A DNA stretch of 49,747 bases from Octopus bimaculoides (GCF_001194135.2 NC_068986.1:10598266-10648012), one strand, 5' to 3'. Counted from the first letter of the stretch, positions 33,301 to 44,519 are shown. Numbers and translations are program-made. The notes: generated from the letters alone by a model not told the origin.

Positions 33301-36272
33301 ACAAATCAGGTTGAATAACTATTTTGTCTCAATACTGTGGCATGGATGAGATTAATTCTCAGTCGCCCAATCTTTCAACCAAGACACAATACCTTGTTGT
33401 GGTTACTTGGGAAAGGTACAAACATAGCAATCAACATTTTCCTCTCACTTGCACCCATAAATGTCACCTTAGAATCATAAACAATTAGGATTATATCTGA
33501 TATCAAGAGGTATATTTAAGATCATCATCATCAACGTTTAAAGTCCACCTTCCATACTAGCATGGGTTGGACGATTTGACTGAGAACTGGTGAAACCAGA
33601 TGGCTACACCAAGCTCCAATCTGATTTGGTAGAGTTTCTACAGCTGGATGCCCTTCCTAACGCCAACCACTCAGAGAGTGCTTTTACGTGCCACCGGCAC
33701 GAAGGCCAGTCAGGCGGTACTGGCAACGGCCACGCTCAAAATGGTGTATTTTACGTGCCATCCCTGAAATCATAAAAGGATCTAACAACTGACCTAATTT
33801 ATCACAACAAGACTTGGAAGGAATGAATATTGGTCCTTTCTGTTTTTCAACAGTTTCTCATTCCCTAATTGATGTCTATCAGAGGATTCCCACACTTATG
33901 CTCATGGGAGGGGCCTCAGAAATGGCATAACCAAAGGGTCTCTCCTTATCTGAATCCACCTCTCCCTCCAATCATAAACCACTAGCAGAATGGAGTGAGG
34001 CGCACAGATAGCAGAACTGGATCTACAGGGTCATCAACCTCTCAGCCTTATCAGTTATTTTTCAAAGTAGTTACTCTCATATATATATATATATATATAT
34101 AGCTACCTCGTGTTTAGGTTATCTTCACTTCAGAACAAAGATCTTTGCTTTATTTGGGTGAAGTCAGTCAGTTAAATTGTCCGTTTGACATTTGTGTGAA
34201 TGAGAGATTAATTGTATTAAAATTTCTAAACTTCAGGCCAAAGTCTTTGGGGAAATTGGAGAAGTCATTGCTGGACAGAAGCAAAGTTTTAGGAATAAAA
34301 TCACAATGTTTATTAGTCTTGGTATGTATTTCCTTTTATCAGAAATAATCCTCTCTCTCTCTCATATATCTTTTATCATTTACTTGTGGCCATGCTGGGG
34401 CACCACCTTGAAGAATTTTTAGTGGAATAAATCAGCTCCAGTATTTGTTTTTTTTTCTTGAGCCTGGTACTTCTATTGGTTTCTTTTTGCCAAACCACTT
34501 AAGTTACAGGGACGTAAACATACCAACACTGGTTGTCAAGTGATGGGGTACAGACACAGACATTTTTGGGGAAGATAAATGTAAAACATACACACACATC
34601 ATCATCATCATTATATACATGTATGACTGTTTTCTGATACTACAAAAAACTCCTTTTAACTGCAAAACTCAGAAATGTATATCCTAAAACCAGGGATGGG
34701 CTGAGGGGCACGTAAAAATTATTAAAACAGCTAAAAATTTTCTGAAGCAGCACCCCCCACTTATTTTATCTACAAGCCACCATTGCTTCTGACTTTTCCT
34801 TGTTCCATTCCATCCTTCTCATTTCTGTTATATATGTTTATATAAATTATCTATACTAAACTCAGCCAAGAATTCGTATTCCAATATAATTTCAGTCAAA
34901 CTATGATACAAAATCATTTATTCTGTGAAAACGTATCTTTGTTTTTCATTTGTATAAAAGATTCATAGAATAAAGTTATTTTCCATTTATGCTAAAAAGT
35001 TAAACTTGTTTTAATTACACAAAATTCACATACATACATATAGACCCTCTCGTCGCTGACATTTGACGAAAGGTGTTTTCTTTCTGCCCACTGGTCTTCC
35101 TAAAGAAGAGACGTGAATTTTTCTGTCTCTTCTACCTAGCGTTCATAATAATTATTTTTCTATTGTCGTGCTTTTACCAGTTTTTACTGTCTTGTTCTCA
35201 CCATCCTGTTCTTAACACTTTCACCCTCAGCAAAAAATTCCAAATTTTATTTAATTTGCTTTGTGGGAAGGACTGTTCCAACGATGTCACGTATTGTCCT
35301 TGCCTTTGAAACGTGGAGTAGATGGACAGGGACAGCTGACGAAGGGATATATTCTTTATGTTGCATGTCTCGTTTCTCTTTTTTTTGTTCGTTGTTTGAA
35401 AAAAAAGTTCATTTTCTGTTTTCATTTTTATGTTTTTGTTTCTCATTGTGTTTAATGTTTTTTTGATGTCCTGTACCCATATATGCATGTATGTATACAT
35501 ATAGATGTAGGTATTTACATATATGTATGGATATATGCATATATCTATATCATTATATATTTATATATATACATATAAGAAAATTTTGCATTTTCAGCCA
35601 TCCTCATCATTTAACGTCCATTTTCTATGCTGGCATGGGTTGGATCAGTATTTTTCCTATATACACATATACATACATATAACAAAATTTTGATGGATTT
35701 TTAACATTTTCCCTATACACACACACGATGGGCTTCTTTCAGTTTCCATCTACCAAATCCACTCAGAAGGCTATGGTTAGCATGAAGGTAAATTCTTTCT
35801 CAACAGAATAACAATCCACTTGAATTCTCTTCTTCGCATGTTTGATCCTGCCATTTAATCTGTGGACCAAGTGGCACTTTGGGTCCTTGAGCAACGCTCG
35901 TCATTTCCCAATTGCCCCAGTCTACTCATACATTGCAGAAACCATGGAACCTTCTTTGTCTCTTAACAAAAGACCAAAGTTCAATATTTTGAATTCTCTA
36001 CTGTTTCTTCCATTTTATACAGCATAAAATTCATTACCTTGTTTGGTTTTTTTTCCTAAAATCTTTATGGCTATATGACCACCACTCTGGCACAGAATCC
36101 ATCTCTGGATTGCATCAGATTAAATTTTTATTAAAAGCATGAATAGTTGATAAAACAAACCAAACCGAGCTGTCTAACGCATTCTCACCTTTTATTTTTG
36201 TTTGTAGGTATGGCTATTGAAGATTGTGTGTCAGCCAAGTTGGTTTATAAAAACATAACAAATAACCTCTGA
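19221..36272 (+). CDS. CRYM: Mu-crystallin / ketimine reductase-like protein (ornithine cyclodeaminase/mu-crystallin family), complete, 8 exons, 308 aa
   Basis: Exons 19221-19387, 24019-24163, 25548-25610, 27123-27224, 28547-28724, 32033-32154, 34237-34321 and 36208-36272 total 927 nt, ATG to TGA, all GT-AG and in phase. Motifs: VMPCYSAAD, TKLVT, PSHDA, DGKVITAMRTAA, IGSGVQA (Rossmann loop), WVKAGAHINAVGA, SLGMAIED. Confidence 0.95.
19950..22900 (-). mobile_element. Degenerate R4/Dong-like non-LTR retrotransposon (RT, CCHC finger and RLE region)
   Basis: YRPIKCLPTTYK, WMDYKKVFNSIP, RGIFQGELLPCLLFCL, HLLYKDDLK, YSFNIINW..LDRKTRK and C..ETVDHIISNC; many frameshifts; boundaries approximate. Confidence 0.8.
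20511..21165. mobile_element. Second copy of the 8-bp-TSD MITE family, inserted in the R4-like LINE in the opposite orientation
   Basis: TIRs GGATCTAGTTCAAAACGGGGGCACCAGT; exact TSD GTTTGTGG at 20503-20510 and 21166-21173; subterminal sequence shared with 10297-10889. Confidence 0.9.
23040..23641 (+). mobile_element. RTE 3' UTR fragment
   Basis: Collinear with about 30570-31207; ends AAACGATGATAATGATGA. Confidence 0.85.
24019..24163 (+). CDS. CRYM: CRYM-like exon 2 (LCLVMPCYSAADNIIATKLVTVF...GKLLS)
   Basis: TCCAG acceptor, GTAGGT donor, 145 nt. Confidence 0.95.
24497..24719. mobile_element. piggyBac-like MITE of about 220 bp, copy 1
   Basis: TTAA on both flanks; termini CCCTTTTGATAC...GTAACGAAAGAG. 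Confidence 0.75.
25548..25610 (+). CDS. CRYM: CRYM-like exon 3 (VIDGKVITAMRTAAVTVIATK)
   Basis: TGTAG acceptor, GTAATT donor, 63 nt. Confidence 0.95.
25709..25929. mobile_element. piggyBac-like MITE, copy 2
   Basis: TTAA flanks; termini CTCTTTCATTAC...GTAACAAAAGGG; internally similar to copies 1 and 3. Confidence 0.75.
25961..26180. mobile_element. piggyBac-like MITE, copy 3
   Basis: TTAA flanks; termini CCCTTTTGATAC...GTAACGAAAGGG. Confidence 0.8.
27123..27224 (+). CDS. CRYM: CRYM-like exon 4 (YLSVPEPKVLAIIGSGVQARSH...FSQ)
   Basis: TTCAG acceptor, GTAAAG donor, 102 nt; NAD(P)H-binding GxGxQA loop. Confidence 0.95.
27355..27560 (+). mobile_element. Third tRNA-derived SINE type
   Basis: TAGCTTGGTGGTTAG and GGTTTCAATTCC boxes, then TGTGTTCTTGAGCAAG...CTGCGACAGACTAGCGTCCCATCCAGG; a partial relative lies at about 28100-28270. 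Confidence 0.6.
28547..28724 (+). CDS. CRYM: CRYM-like exon 5 (VNVWSRN...WVKAGAHIN)
   Basis: TCTAG acceptor, GTTCGT donor, 178 nt. Confidence 0.95.
29600..31600 (+). mobile_element. Degenerate CR1/L2-like LINE RT fragment (about 29600-29880 and 31208-31600) split by the RTE insertion
   Basis: Left part NYNAVKLTSFVTKLME...QFG; right part DLIYLTFTKAFNSVPH and SDVPQGSLLGP. These are consecutive RT motifs on either side of the RTE copy. Confidence 0.7.
29881..31207 (+). mobile_element. 5'-truncated RTE-clade LINE (RT C-terminus, 3' UTR and (GAT)n tail)
   Basis: EVVDSFCYLGD, ARIRIAWAKF, KGRLYDACVRTAMLHGSET* and RRLRWYGHVARM are typical RTE C-terminal motifs; one in-frame stop; ends CGTTAAATGATGATGAT. 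Confidence 0.9.
32033..32154 (+). CDS. CRYM: CRYM-like exon 6 (AVGAPIGECQEVDSELTRSSIVYVEDYDMAYKYSGELGASK)
   Basis: TGCAG acceptor, GTAAAG donor, 122 nt. Confidence 0.93.
34237..34321 (+). CDS. CRYM: CRYM-like exon 7 (AKVFGEIGEVIAGQKQSFRNKITMFISL)
   Basis: TTCAG acceptor, GTATGT donor, 85 nt. Confidence 0.93.
36208..36272 (+). CDS. CRYM: CRYM-like terminal exon (GMAIEDCVSAKLVYKNITNNL*)
   Basis: TGTAG acceptor, TGA at 36270-36272; GMAxED motif; AATAAA at 36742 and 37068 downstream. Confidence 0.95.
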
Positions 36273-37088
36273 AAAAAAATGAAGAAAGGAAGAAAAACCA
36301 GCCAGAAAAGGTTCAAATACCTCAATGAAATGAACAGCTCTTAAGGAAACAAAGAACATTTTTGATTTACCCGAGAACCCAAGCAGAAGATAATGAACAG
36401 GTTGGTTTTCTGACCAAGAATTCTTGAGATGTTATGTAATTCTTTTGGGCAATGTTAATTAATCTAATAATGTAAAATGTCACGGAATAATTATTGCATT
36501 GTTTTTTTTTTTTGGTGGTGGTGGCGGGAGTCGTTTGAAATTCAAGAGAATATTCTTTCATTATTACTATACTAGAGTGTTACCACTTTATGATGACAGG
36601 CAACTTTGGAAGTGTACCTTTGCCATCACAAGTAATACCAGGAATTTTGATTGTAAATCAACTTTTTATCAAATTTCTTGGTGCTTATACAAAATGACGA
36701 AATGAATACCAATTTTCAAATGAAAGCCGTTTAAAAATTTAAATAAAATAAAATTTCTCATTTCTATATTTGCAATAAGTACATGACATTATTTTCCTAC
36801 ATTTTATGAACATCATTATCTACCCCATTGGAAAGATATCTGCAAAATTTAATTTTAAAATGCCCCCCCCCCTCCTCCTCCCAGCTGTTTACTCTGACTT
36901 TTAACATAGCATGTAAATGAATATTTTTGTAAAATTACCTCCTCACTAACAACTACAAACTCGTCCCCCGCCAAATCTGAAAGTCCATTATTCATTATAT
37001 TTTCTACTCGATTTGCTATTGAGTTGTTTCCCCTTAGTAATTGTAGGCGTTTGTGTCGTGTGTTGGCAATAAAACAAAGATAATTATA

Positions 37089-37510
37089 GAGTAAAGATTA
37101 TTTGCCAATATAACATGGCAGTCCTGGTTTAGGACGAATGTTGCTGTAATTTAGCTCCAGGAGACATGGTCTCCACCTGACTATACGACACGATCTGTGT
37201 CCTATTTTCGAACAAGGGAATCTAGTACGCCCCACTCAGCTCAAAACAATATTTGTGTATCGCGATTTCTGATGAAGGGAAATAACCTGGAAATCACAAT
37301 ACACAAATATTGTTTTGAGCTGAGAGGGGGTGTTAGATCCCCTTGTTCGAAAATATAAGGACACAGATCGTGTCGTATAACCAGGTGGAGACCATGTCTC
37401 CTGGGGCTAACTTACAGCAACATTCGTCCTAAACTAGGACTACCATGTTATGTTGGCAAATAATCTTTACTCCAAAGTACTGTTGCTGAATATCTCTCGT
37501 TGTGAGATTT
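37089..37510. repeat. Long palindromic (foldback) element, copy 2, with an extra palindromic core of about 100 bp
   Basis: GTAAAGATTATTTGCCAATATAACATGGCAGTCCTGG...CCATGTTATGTTGGCAAATAATCTTTAC; inner arms CTCAGCTCAAAACAATATTTGTGTAT / ATACACAAATATTGTTTTGAGCTGAG. Confidence 0.85.
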
Positions 37511-39068
37511 ACAAAGATAATTATGTCTTCGTGGAATAATGTAGTGTTTTGTTACCATAATGATGCCATTTTTGAAGCACTTCGGGGTGTTTTTTTTTTT
37601 TTTTCGTTTAAAAAAATTCCTCAAGCAATAATGCCAGGTCCTATGTACAAATTTCTATCTACCTATTGGTTTCACATTTTAGCACAAGACCAGCAATTAT
37701 GGGGGAGGCAGTTAGTCGATTACATTAACTCCAGTATGTAACTGGTACTTATTTTATTGCCCCCCTCCCCCCGATGAAAGGCATAGTTGTCCTCCTCAGA
37801 ATTTGAATTCAAGAACGTAAATACAAAAATTCCATGAAGCATTTTGTCTAGCAAGGAAACGACTCTACTTACATTACATGTTTTAGTGCACTACAAATGT
37901 TTTCCCTAAATATGTGCTGGTGAAGTTGGAGTGCATCTTTTATGCCATCAAATATGGTAGTTAGAGACCTTATGATTAAGAGAAAACCTAAAAGAAGGAA
38001 AATTTAATTCAAGTCCATAATAACAACCTGTTTTGTTCCTTTCATTTCATTAACAGAAAATAAATGATTTGTGGTAAGACGATTATCTCCCTTACTCTAG
38101 CAAAGACAAATTGTCTAAGATGAAATTTGCTTTGTCTCACACAGAAATTGTGGAAGATGCACAGAGCTATTGTGAACTCATCTTCTGGTGGTGACTAAAG
38201 AGGTCAAAACCTCTTCTGCCTTGTCATCAGATATCTCAGGGTCACGAGCATTTCGTCCCTGCCTGAGTGGGGCAGTGAAGACAAAACATTTGCTTACAGT
38301 CATTTGTCAACCACAGCTACTTTGAACTGGTTTCAGCTGCCATGCTTATGTCCTTAGTGGCTTCCTTCAGTTGCCTGAATTCCAAACCAATCTTCTGCTG
38401 GAAATCTAGCAGGAAAACTGCAGAAACCAATCTCAATAGGAAATGTAGCTGTCTGCCATCTTTTGAAAAGAACCTCATCAATCAAGTTTCAATATTTTGC
38501 TTTCTTCCATTGGTGAGAAAATCAAGTGTGCTATTAGTGGGAAAAATAAAATTACTTGAAATTCTTATACATCACCATTCTGTGTAAACATATACCAAGG
38601 AGGTAATTATGTGACTAATTCTATCGCTCTGTTTATTGCCATGAACATGTATTAAGAGATAAGGTTTCTTTTTCAGTTGGGGAATGTGCAGAAGAAAAAA
38701 AAACTGGTGGTAATTATTAGAAACTCTTGAAGAGAAGGGGAGATAACTACTGGAAACCAGGCAACTTTACAAAGTACACATTCTTAGGAGGAATTTGATC
38801 GTTGCAGATAAGTGGAGAACTATGAACATGTTAGTCTTCTAAAAATATCGTTGCTTGACCTACCATTGCATAATGTAGTCCTAGATAGATGCAGATTAAT
38901 TCGATTAAGGCCTAAAATATAACAAGTACTGGGCTTAATCTGTTCAAATGTAAAACCTTTCAAGACAGTGCTATAGCATGGCCACATTCTGATGATAGAA
39001 ACCAGATAAAAAATCCCTGGTAACTTTTGTTTCAAGTCAATGCACACGTCAAGATAGAGTAAAGCACG

Positions 39069-39105
<37 letters not shown>

Positions 39106-40043
39106 TTGTTTTCCATGCTGGCATGAGTTGAACGACTTGACAGAAGCTGGAGGGCTGCCCAAGCTCTGCTGCCTGCTTTGGAATGGTTTCTATGGTTGGA
39201 TGCCCTTCCTAATACCAACCACTTGACTGAGTGAACTGGGTGCTTTTTACATGGCATTAGCTCACAAGATTAGAAATGCTCAGCTGGAGAAGTAAGTGCA
39301 GGGGACAAGCCTGTGGACAAGAACAACCACACTTTTACTTGGCAGGTTTTCTCTAGCACAGCAAACTGCCAGGAGTCTCGGTCCCTTGTCATCCCCTCTG
39401 TGAGTCGCAATGTCTGTGGATCCTTACTCACCCCTTTGTCTGTCTTCCTGGGTCTACCCCATTCACATGTTCCATCTACTACATATAGTTAAATAACCAT
39501 CTATGTATCATACTAAATGTATATACTCTGATGAAAGGCATGATGGTGTAGAATTGACTTAGATAAAATCTCTTCAAACACCTCTTTTAAAAACATAATA
39601 TATGGGAGCGGGTCAAACATCATTGCTCCTGTGACTCGTGAGAACAATACATACATACATAGTCTTTCTTGGCATTTGTCAATGCCATGCACTCATTTGT
39701 ATTGAATGAAATTCAGACAGGAAACAGTGAATAAAACTTTCACTTGTATTGCAAAAGCTTGCCACAGTTTTAATAAACACAATGTACAGCAATTGAAACA
39801 AATTAAAATTGCCATCTGTGTATCATACAAAATGTATAAACACCATTAGAAGGTATAATACTGTAGATTTATCTGAAATAAAATCCCTTCATAAACTTGT
39901 GTTTAAAATAAAATATACACACACACACAGTTGGCTTCATGAAGATGCTGCCTAACCAAATTTCACTCACAAAACACTGGTTGGCTCATAAACATAAATC
40001 ACCAACATATGATTGTCCATGTCATCATATGACCAACTGTCTC

Positions 40044-40910
40044 CTGTGCTGGTGACACGTAAAAAGCAGCATCCGAACGTGGCCAATGCCAGTGCCACCT
40101 GAATAGCTCCCTGTGCTGGTGGCACGTAAAAAGCAGCATCCGAACGTGGCCAATGCCAGTGCCACCTGAATAGCTCCCTGTGCTGGTGGCACGTAAAAAG
40201 CAGCATCCGAACGTGGCCAATGCNNNNNNNNNNNNNNNNNNNNNNNNNNNNNNNNNNNNNNNNNNNNNNNNNNNNNNNNNNNNNNNNNNNNNNNNNNNNN
40301 NNNNNNNNNNNNNNNNNNNNNNNNNNNNNNNNNNNNNNNNNNNNNNNNNNNNNNNNNNNNNNNNNNNNNNNNNNNNNNNNNNNNNNNNNNNNNNNNNNNN
40401 NNNNNNNNNNNNNNNNNNNNNNNNNNNNNNNNNNNNNNNNNNNNNNNNNNNNNNNNNNNNNNNNNNNNNNNNNNNNNNNNNNNNNNNNNNNNNNNNNNNN
40501 NNNNNNNNNNNNNNNNNNNNNNNNNNNNNNNNNNNNNNNNNNNNNNNNNNNNNNNNNNNNNNNNNNNNNNNNNNNNNNNNNNNNNNNNNNNNNNNNNNNA
40601 CACGTAAAAAGCAGCATCCGAACGTGGCCAATGCCAGTGCCACCTGAATAGCTCCCTGTGCTGGTGGCACGTAAAAAGCAGCATCCGAACGTGGCCAATG
40701 CCAGTGCCACCTGAATAGCTCCCTGTGCTGGTGGCACGTGAAAAGTACCCACTACACTCTCAGAGTGGTTGGCATTAGGAAGGGCACCCAGCTGTAGAAA
40801 CATTGCCAGATCAGATTGGAGCCCGGTGCAGCCTCCTGGCTCGCCAGTCCCCAGTCAAACCATCTAACCCATGCCAGCATGGAAAACGGACGTGAAACGA
40901 TGATGATGAT
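40044..40910 (+). repeat. 67-bp minisatellite (interrupted by a gap) followed by the RTE 3' terminus and (GAT)n tail
   Basis: Units start at 40044, 40111 and 40178 and resume after the gap; 40740-40910 is the standard RTE-tail sequence. Confidence 0.9.
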
Positions 40911-41154
40911 ATAATTAATTTTGAATTTAGTTCACAGACCACCAGGGGTCTGTGGACCCAAGGTAAGTAGAATCTATAGCATGATGGACAAAATGTGGTA
41001 TTTAGTAGGATGGACAGTATTTAGAGACAAAAAAGAGACGATAAGGAGAGCTTGGCTGAAACCGTTAAAGAGATCCAAGTAAGTAAAAGTTGTTACTCAG
41101 AGATGTTGCAGGTTTTCTAAATCTCTGACCAATGCAGCTTAGTTCTCTATTCTC

Positions 41155-41707
41155 AGGTGTGGCTATGTTGTAAGTAGCTTGCTTCCTAACCACATGGTTC
41201 CAAGTTCAGTCACACTGTGTGGCACCTTGGGCAGGTGTCTTCTACTATAGCCTTAGGCCATCCAAAGCCTTGCGAGTGGATTTGGTAGATAGAAACTGGC
41301 AGAAACGTTAGCAACGCCAGGTGAAATGCTTAGCGGTATTTCATCTGCCGATACGTTCTGAGTTCAAATTCTGCCGAGGTCGACTTTGCCTTTCATCCCT
41401 TCGGGGTCGATTAAATAAGTACCAGTTACGCACTGGGGTCAATGTAATCGACTTAATCTGTTTGTCTCCTCTGTGTGTAGCCCCTTGTGGGCAATAAAGA
41501 AATAAGAATCTGAAAGAAGCCCATCATGTATGTATGTATATATATATATATGTGTGTGTGTTTATGTCCCTGTAGCTTAGCAATTTGGCAAAAGAGACCG
41601 ATAGAATTAGTACCAGGCTTACAAAGAATAAGTCTTGGGGTTGATTTGTTCAACAACAGGCAGTGCTCCAGCATGGTCGCAGTCAAATGACTGAAACAAG
41701 TAAAAGA
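41155..41707 (+). mobile_element. SINE of the first family with a second SINE family nested at about 41299-41508
   Basis: The host consensus GAAACTG|AAAGAAGCCC is split by a roughly 210-bp element containing GTTCAAATTC and CTTTGCCTTTCATCCCTTCGGGGTCGATTAAATAAGTACC. Other copies of the insert lie near 26755-26920, 32340-32545 and 37690-37850. Confidence 0.75.
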
Positions 41708-41837
41708 ATATTTACTGTTGATTCTTTTGTAACCCTAGTACTTGTTCTATCAGTTCCTTTTTGCCAAACCACTAAGTTACGGGGGTGTAAACACAATAAT
41801 ATTGGTTGTTAAGCGATGGGGGGGAGCAGGCACACAA

Positions 41838-41893
<56 letters not shown>

Positions 41894-42409
41894 NNNNNNN
41901 NNNNNNNNNNNNNNNNNNNNNNNNNNNNNNNNNNNNNNNNNNNNNNNNNNNNNNNNNNNNNNNNNNNNNNNNNNNNNNNNNNNNNNNNNNNNNNNNNNNN
42001 NNNNNNNNNNNNNNNNNNNNNNNNNNNNNNNNNNNNNNNNNNNNNNNNNNNNNNNNNNNNNNNNNNNNNNNNNNNNNNNNNNNNNNNNNNNNNNNNNNNN
42101 NNNNNNNNNNNNNNNNNNNNNNNNNNNNNNNNNNNNNNNNNNNNNNNNNNNNNNNNNNNNNNNNNNNNNNNNNNNNNNNNNNNNNNNNNNNNNNNATATT
42201 CCATATATTCAATAAGACATTCAATACTTCATTTCATTGTACCATCCATTTTTATATTATATATTATATATTCCTTATTCTGTATCCCACATTAATTTTA
42301 CAAGAATATAAATAAAACATAAAAAACAGAGTTGGAACTCTTAATAAAATAATATATTCCTCTATACACGATCATACAAAAACCCCCTTTTTTTGTATTT
42401 ATTTTTACT

Positions 42410-42466
<57 letters not shown>

Positions 42467-42651
42467 GACAGGCTTCTTTCAGTTTCCATCTACTTAAATC
42501 CACTCACAAGGCTTTGGTTGGCCCAAGGCCATAGTAGCAGACACTTGCCCAAGGCGCCACACAATAGGACTGAACCCGGAACCATGTGGTTGGTAAGTAA
42601 ACTTCTTATCACACAGCCACGCCTGCGCCTATACACACACACACACACACA

Positions 42652-44197
42652 CAGTAGCAAGCAAAAAAAGAGAATGGTTAATTTTTTTTTAAATGTCAGA
42701 AGCTAGTGAACGTACAAATTCGTAATTGGTTCCATAAACACAGTTAACCATTTGCTACATTCTGTGAAAAATCTAAGTTAGTACAATGGTACAAAAGTTA
42801 ATAAAACAAACACTATTTTTTTAAAAATGTCTAGTGCAAAATAAGAGAACGGTTAGATTCCTTCAGAAATTTCTGGAAGTTTCAAACATTGTTTACAATT
42901 GCAGGCTCAACATTACTATTGTCTCAGCATTGTGCTACCTTCTGAACATGGCACACCACGCTGAAGTTACTCCGAGCCTCTGAAAAGAAATTGTCAGGAT
43001 TGACTCTTTTGGTTATTTCATGAGACTGAAGGAGATCAAAGAGGGCAGTTTCATGTGTTCTTTAAGCTCTATGAAGAAACTAATGGTTTTGAACCAAAAA
43101 AGGCAACTGGTAGACCACGCAAAACCACCATGTGAGATGATTGAGCCATGAAATGGTATGTATTGAAGGATCCTTTCAAGAATGCGGCTGGAATTTCTAA
43201 GAAAATGAAAGTAGATAATGGTATGGAAGTGAGCCGCTTTATCATGTCTCGTCATCTGAAGGAATTTGGATTAAAGACTTGTTACCTGGCAACGAAACCT
43301 ACCATGAGCAAGAAGAACAAATTGGAAAGACTTTTACTTGCAGAAGCTCATGTGAAATGGAGGGATGAAAATTAGTCAAAAGTTCATTTTAGTGATGAAA
43401 GCAAATTCAATTTAGTAGGTTCAGATGGTAGACAGTATGTTAGGCACTTCACAAGGGATTGGCTAAAATCCAAGTGCCTGAAGAAATCTGCCAAGTTTGG
43501 AGGAGGAAGCGTCATGGTGTGGGTATTGATTTCTTTTGAAGGAGTTGGCCCTCAAGTGCAGATTAAACGTGACTATTAATGCTAATATCTATTTGAATTT
43601 GGTTAAACAGCATGTGATCCCATCATTACGAGCATTTTCGAATCAAGATAACGCCTCTTCTAATACTGCAAAGCGTGTCACTGGATTCTTTAGTGAACAA
43701 AATGTCCAAGTAATGAAGTGACCAGCACAAAGTCTAGGCTTAAATCTTGTTGAAAACCTTTTGAAGATACTTGGAGACAAAGTAACACGAAGGGCACCAA
43801 CTACTACGATGAATTTATGGGAGATATTAGAAGAGGAATGGAAGAAAGTAACACCTGACTTGTGCAGGAAACTTGTTATGTCTTGTGGCAATCGATGTGC
43901 AGAGGTGATCTCCAACAAATATCATACTAACTGTATTAAGTTCATATTTACATTTCTTTCAATCATTATGGTTTTGAGTTAATTGAAGCATTTTTTGGTT
44001 TGATCATTCTCTCATTGGACAAAACTAGTGTTTGAGTTATTAACTTTTGTTAAGACCATTGTACAAACTTAGATTTTTCACAGAATTTAGCATAGGGTTA
44101 AGCATATTTACGAAACCAATTATGAATTTGTACGTTTACTAGCTTTTCTGAAATTTTAAAAAATATTAATCATTCTCTTTTTTTTTGCTCGCTACTG
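42652..44197 (+). mobile_element. Degenerate Tc1-family (DD34E) DNA transposon, about 1.55 kb
   Basis: About 165-bp TIRs starting CAGTAGC (42652) and ending GCTACTG (44197), followed by TA. Broken transposase from ATG 42948 with FSDESKF, KFGGGSVMVW, QDNA and NLVENL; 34 residues counted between D and E. Contains stops and frameshifts. Confidence 0.92.
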
Positions 44198-44519
44198 TAC
44201 ATAAATAAAACATCACTTACAAGTGAGAAGCATCAATCATCCCAGTTACCAATGATGAGGAAGCTGCTCTGAACTTACACAACTTGGTAGAAATATCAGC
44301 AAAATCTCCTTCAAATCACATCGAACAGTGTTAGAAGATGAGAACACATCAGTTAATGTAGTCCTAGATACACTAGGTCTGAAAATGAGAAGAACAGTCA
44401 TAGCTGGAATGCTTTTGACCCAAGGTCTGCTCAAGCAGAGCCAACCAGTAGCAAACAGTAACAAAAACAAATAATAAATATAAAAGTTAAACAATAATTC
44501 ATAAAAAAAGTAAACAAAA

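Noticed and set aside
39967-40803. Long ORFs over the 67-bp array
   Set aside because: They are mostly X from the gap, and the unit length is not a multiple of 3; there are no spacers, so it is not CRISPR.
44221-44390. Minus-strand segment with AG and GTAAGT signals
   Set aside because: No recognisable protein; the frame to the distal donor has stops, and it lies beyond the stop codon of the right-hand gene.
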